A stretch of DNA of 63,669 nucleotides, filler included. It is 6 parts of 6 records of this genome, joined end to end, with 100 filler letters (N's around TTAATTAATTAA, not from the genome) between each part and the next. Parts side by side here need not be neighbours in the genome. Positions count along the whole stretch, not along the records: positions 58,551 to 63,669 come from SRR31156797_5322; 5 more parts are not named here. One strand, written 5' to 3'. Positions 60,234 to 63,669 of this stretch are shown here, piece after piece. The notes below the pieces were generated by a model. It ran no database searches and was not told where the DNA came from. It saw only the letters and a list, made by a program, of their open reading frames with translations. The first letter of the stretch is position 1. Every line of letters starts with the position of its first letter. The position numbers were made by a program, and so were the translations under genes.

Positions 60234-60707
60234 ATGAAAACCAAAAAAATAAATTTTGAGATTAAGCACTTTTATCCAGGCTTTAAAGCGGATAAGTTTT
60301 TTGATTTTTTAGTTGATGCTGACTGGTATTCAAAATCAGATCTTATGAAAGGAACTATGAAAATTGAAAAATCCGGAAAAAACCATCCTGTTGGATTGGG
60401 TGCCATTAGAAGAACTAAAATGGATAAAACAGAAATTGTGGAGGAAACGGTTGGATTTGATTATCCAAATTACTTTAGTTACTTTGCATTGGAAGGAATG
60501 CCAATTGTTGATGATTATTTAGGAGAAGTTTTTTTAAAAGAAAAAGATGGTGGACTTGAATTAAAATATAAAGGTAGTTTTAAACCAAAAATGTTTGGAA
60601 CTAATTGCTTAGTGAGATATATGTTTTTATTTCAAATGAAAAACATGGTTTCAGTTTGGGAAAAAGACTACAGAGCCTATTATAAAATAAACAAGTCGAC
60701 GAACTGA
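60234..60707 (+). CDS. SRPBCC (polyketide cyclase-like) protein
   Basis: GLGAIRR...IVEETVGFDYPNYFSY. Confidence 0.75.
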   Translation: MKTKKINFEIKHFYPGFKADKFFDFLVDADWYSKSDLMKGTMKIEKSGKNHPVGLGAIRRTKMDKTEIVEETVGFDYPNYFSYFALEGMPIVDDYLGEVFLKEKDGGLELKYKGSFKPKMFGTNCLVRYMFLFQMKNMVSVWEKDYRAYYKINKSTN

Positions 60708-60759
60708 AGATATTGATATGCCAAAATGTGCAAAAATCAATTAAGTGTCTTCTCATCTG

Positions 60760-62601
60760 TTAACAGTAATCCTGGCCTGCAATTGTGAACGTAAAAGTGC
60801 TTCCTTTCCCTTCTTCGCTCTCAACCTCTATATTTCCATCATGCATTTCCACAAAGCGCTTAACAAGTGCAAGTCCCAGGCCCGTTCCACCATATATTCT
60901 GTTCTTCGAGGTATCAGCCTGTGAAAAAGGATTGAATATCTCTTTCAGACAGTCATCCGGAATTCCAATTCCTGTGTCTGAAACAGATACCTGTATATAA
61001 TAATCTGTCTTTTTTGCTGTAACAGATATTTTGCCATTATCCGGGGTGAATTTAATAGCATTACTGAGGAGATTATACATTATCTGTTTGAATTTTTGTC
61101 TGTCAGCTAACATTTCATCATTCTGGATATTATTCTCAATTCCAACACTGATATTTTTCCTTGATGTCAGTGGTTCCATTAATACAGTGATTGACCCTAA
61201 GAGTTCGTTGACAGAGAACGACTCACGGTGAAGTTCCATTCTTCCTGCCTCAATTTTGGACAGGTCGAGAATATCATTTATAAGGTCCAGAAGGTGCTTA
61301 CCACTTTCGCTAATATTGCTGGCATATCTAAGCTGCTCCTCTGTCAGTTCATCAGCCTTATAAATACTCAATATATCTGAAAAACCAATTATTGAATTAA
61401 GTGGAGTTCTTAATTCATGGCTCATGTTTGCAAGGAACTCCGACTTTGCCCAGTTGGCAGCTTCAGCTTCCAGTTTAGCATTCAGTAGTTCCTTCTCTGC
61501 CTGTTTACGTTCTGTGATGTCTCTGCATACACAAAGGATCAGTTTCTGTTCCCCGAACATAGCTGCATTTGAACTAATATCAACATCAAGGAAAGTTCCA
61601 TCCTTGCGTTTATGAAATGTTTCAAAATGACCGCCTGATTCATCAACGTTTCTGATCATTCCTATTAATTCTTCACGTGTAAAATGTATGTCCCAGTCCC
61701 ATATATGCAGATCAAGAACTTCTTCTGATGAATAGCCAAGCATATCTGCATATTTCTGATTCGCCTCGAAAACCTTCCCATTCTGGTCAATAATAACAAT
61801 GCCGTCTGTGGACTGTTCAACAAGTATACGCCGTCTGACAGCATCTTCGGCAATTTTAATCTCATTCTGTTTACGTTCTGTGATGTCTGTGATGGAACCG
61901 GCAATTCTGTAGGCTGTACCACTTTCATCTCTCAAAGATGCGCCTCTTACCTGTATCCATTTGAAGCTGCCATCCCTGTGCATAACGCGAAATTCAATAT
62001 TGAATTCCGGTACCGCTCCATTAAAATATTCATTAATAATATCCAGTACCCTTTGTTTATCATCGGGGTGGATTATTTCCTCCAGTACTGAAAGCACACT
62101 TGGAAGTTCCTGATCTTCGTAACCGATCATCTCTTTGCATCGGGAGGAAAGGTACAGGTTTTTATCACGCAAATTATAGTCCCATATTCCATCCTGTGAT
62201 CCTTTCACTGCAAGCATGAACTGTTCACGACTTTTTTCCAGTTCAGTTTCTGCAAGTTTGCGTTCGGTAACATCTCTGATAACAGCTATATTGGCCCATA
62301 TTCCGTTATATTTGATGGGTTGAATGTTAAGTTCAATTGGCATCAAAGAACCGTCTTTACATCTGCACACCATTTCGACGATTCCTCCACCCTTACCCAA
62401 TTTCTCAGCAATTTGTTTACTTGCTTTCTCTCTGAGTTCAGAGGGTATCAGATCAAGTGTCCTCATCTGTAATAATTCATCTTTAGAATATCCCAGAAAC
62501 TGGCATGTAATGGGGTTTACTTCCAGAAAACGACCTTCATTATTGTAAATAGCAATTCCGTCACTTACGGTATTGAATATTGTTTCAAATAGGTCTTTCA
62601 T
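60760..62601 (-). CDS. Three-PAS sensor histidine kinase
   Basis: PAS/PAC repeats; FLANMSHELRTPLNSIIGF, NLLSNAIKFT, DTGIG, GTGLGL; start moved to 62601. Confidence 0.93.
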   Translation of the reverse strand: MKDLFETIFNTVSDGIAIYNNEGRFLEVNPITCQFLGYSKDELLQMRTLDLIPSELREKASKQIAEKLGKGGGIVEMVCRCKDGSLMPIELNIQPIKYNGIWANIAVIRDVTERKLAETELEKSREQFMLAVKGSQDGIWDYNLRDKNLYLSSRCKEMIGYEDQELPSVLSVLEEIIHPDDKQRVLDIINEYFNGAVPEFNIEFRVMHRDGSFKWIQVRGASLRDESGTAYRIAGSITDITERKQNEIKIAEDAVRRRILVEQSTDGIVIIDQNGKVFEANQKYADMLGYSSEEVLDLHIWDWDIHFTREELIGMIRNVDESGGHFETFHKRKDGTFLDVDISSNAAMFGEQKLILCVCRDITERKQAEKELLNAKLEAEAANWAKSEFLANMSHELRTPLNSIIGFSDILSIYKADELTEEQLRYASNISESGKHLLDLINDILDLSKIEAGRMELHRESFSVNELLGSITVLMEPLTSRKNISVGIENNIQNDEMLADRQKFKQIMYNLLSNAIKFTPDNGKISVTAKKTDYYIQVSVSDTGIGIPDDCLKEIFNPFSQADTSKNRIYGGTGLGLALVKRFVEMHDGNIEVESEEGKGSTFTFTIAGQDYC

Positions 62602-62870
62602 TTGTGTGCCTCGGGAGCAGAATATGTTCTGTTTTTTCCAGCTACTGAAGTATGAATCAGAGTTAATTATAGATTTTAATGGTATGTGTTGTATAGTAAT
62701 ACAATTCAACTCTATAGCATATAATACATTTTATAACACTATATGTTTTTAATAAGAATGTTATAATTCGTATCCCATGTTGAGCATTTTAAATCCGACA
62801 GGTAACTTACATTATTCAGGTCACAATTATTTTCAGTGAAAATTGGTATTATTGCAAGGAATTTAAAATT

Positions 62871-62888
62871 AGGATTTCTACAGAACCA
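62871..62888. mobile_element. IS terminal-repeat-like sequence, inverted copy of 63510-63527
   Basis: AGGATTTCTACAGAACCA versus AGGATTTCTACAGAGCCA (17/18). Confidence 0.5.
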
Positions 62889-63018
62889 GAATACCAGTAG
62901 TTTGAAAAAAGCTCTAAATTGTCGTGATTGTCTGGTTGCTCAGGCTTCATGCTATTAAGAAATTGATGTGTTGAAGAACATCGGTAAAAAGTAAAAATAT
63001 AGGTTCGATGTGTCTGAC

Positions 63019-63354
63019 TTAATCGACAACATTATACCCAAGACTTCTCAGGTTATCAAAAATCTTCTTTCCGAATGATGGTATGAATGCGATGTAAGGT
63101 TTCTCTTTTATTTTATTGTGCTCTATCAGAAAACCAACGTGTGTCTGTACGCCGCCATCATCATCCCGTCTGGTCTTCTTATGTCTGCTGATGACCACGA
63201 CGTTCTCCTTTTTGAGCTCCACTCGTGTCAGTATTCCTTTTATAGTAATCTTGTTCGCATCCGCCTTTAATTTCAGAAACGGTCCTGAAGAGTATGTGAA
63301 GTTCTTTTCGTCCTTACCTCTGTAAAGGCCTCCGTATGCGCTATATGTTGCCAT
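63019..63354 (-). CDS. Hypothetical protein
   Basis: AAGGAG upstream of ATG; 111 aa; no motif recognised. Confidence 0.6.
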   Translation of the reverse strand: MATYSAYGGLYRGKDEKNFTYSSGPFLKLKADANKITIKGILTRVELKKENVVVISRHKKTRRDDDGGVQTHVGFLIEHNKIKEKPYIAFIPSFGKKIFDNLRSLGYNVVD

Positions 63355-63509
63355 TTCATCAACTCCTTGTAGGTATCGCCATCAAGTCTATGGTTCCTGC
63401 CGTGAAATCTGTCACGAGGTCCCGGTGCTCTGCGGCAGATCCATCTTTTATCTCCACTATTAATATCTATAGTCTGATATTTTATTATATTTAAATATGG
63501 GGTTATTTT

Positions 63510-63527
63510 TGGCTCTGTAGAAATCCT
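63510..63527. mobile_element. IS5-like terminal repeat GGCTCTGTAGAAATCCT
   Basis: Inverted partner at 62871-62888; GGCTCTGT start resembles IS5-family ends. Confidence 0.5.
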
Positions 63528-63669
63528 CACTTGAATGGGACATAAGATCGTGTATGTCTGACATGATTGCAGACTCTCATTTTGTGGGGAACACCGCTGC
63601 TTAATTACCGGTATGCAGAAACAGAGTTGAAAGCAGCAGATTATTTTTCATCTTTTCGGATCATGCCGG

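Overview
The window is not one locus. It is six unrelated contigs joined by 100-nt artificial spacers (N44-TTAATTAATTAA-N44), so neighbourhood inferences hold only within a contig. Taxonomic labels are inferred from gene style. (1) 1-24034, Bacteroidales-like: a vapBC module between two copies of a T9SS C-terminal-domain gene end, secreted proteins (C25 gingipain-like, SusE/F-like, GH43), ahpC, polA, regulators, and a PIN-PhoH with a histone-H1-like tail. (2) 24135-38871, very AT-rich anaerobe (Fusobacteriota/Bacillota-like): minus-strand accessory genes mixed with decayed IS elements (IS200, IS5, IS30, IS701-like, others), MITEs and two chimeric gene fusions. (3) 38972-45142, Desulfobacterales-like: TPR-FkbM, TRAP dctPQM, an orphan ZnuA-like protein and an 11-Cys miniprotein. 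(4) 45243-51107, Bacteroidales: lysS end, MBOAT plus SGNH-like partner. (5) 51208-58450, GC-rich alphaproteobacterium: sufB, Rrf2 regulator, korAB, Prx6, Nudix, and a disordered protein with three NPYEN(I/V) repeats. (6) 58551-63669, probably Methanosarcinaceae: two SDRs (one frameshifted), SRPBCC, PAS histidine kinase. No rRNA, tRNA or CRISPR array was seen. Best leads: the Tyr-motif repeat protein, the T9SS-tail duplication around the TA module, the H1-tailed PhoH, the ZnuA/Cys-rich pair, and a candidate membrane-anchored regulator with a palindromic operator. None is proven novel without database searches.
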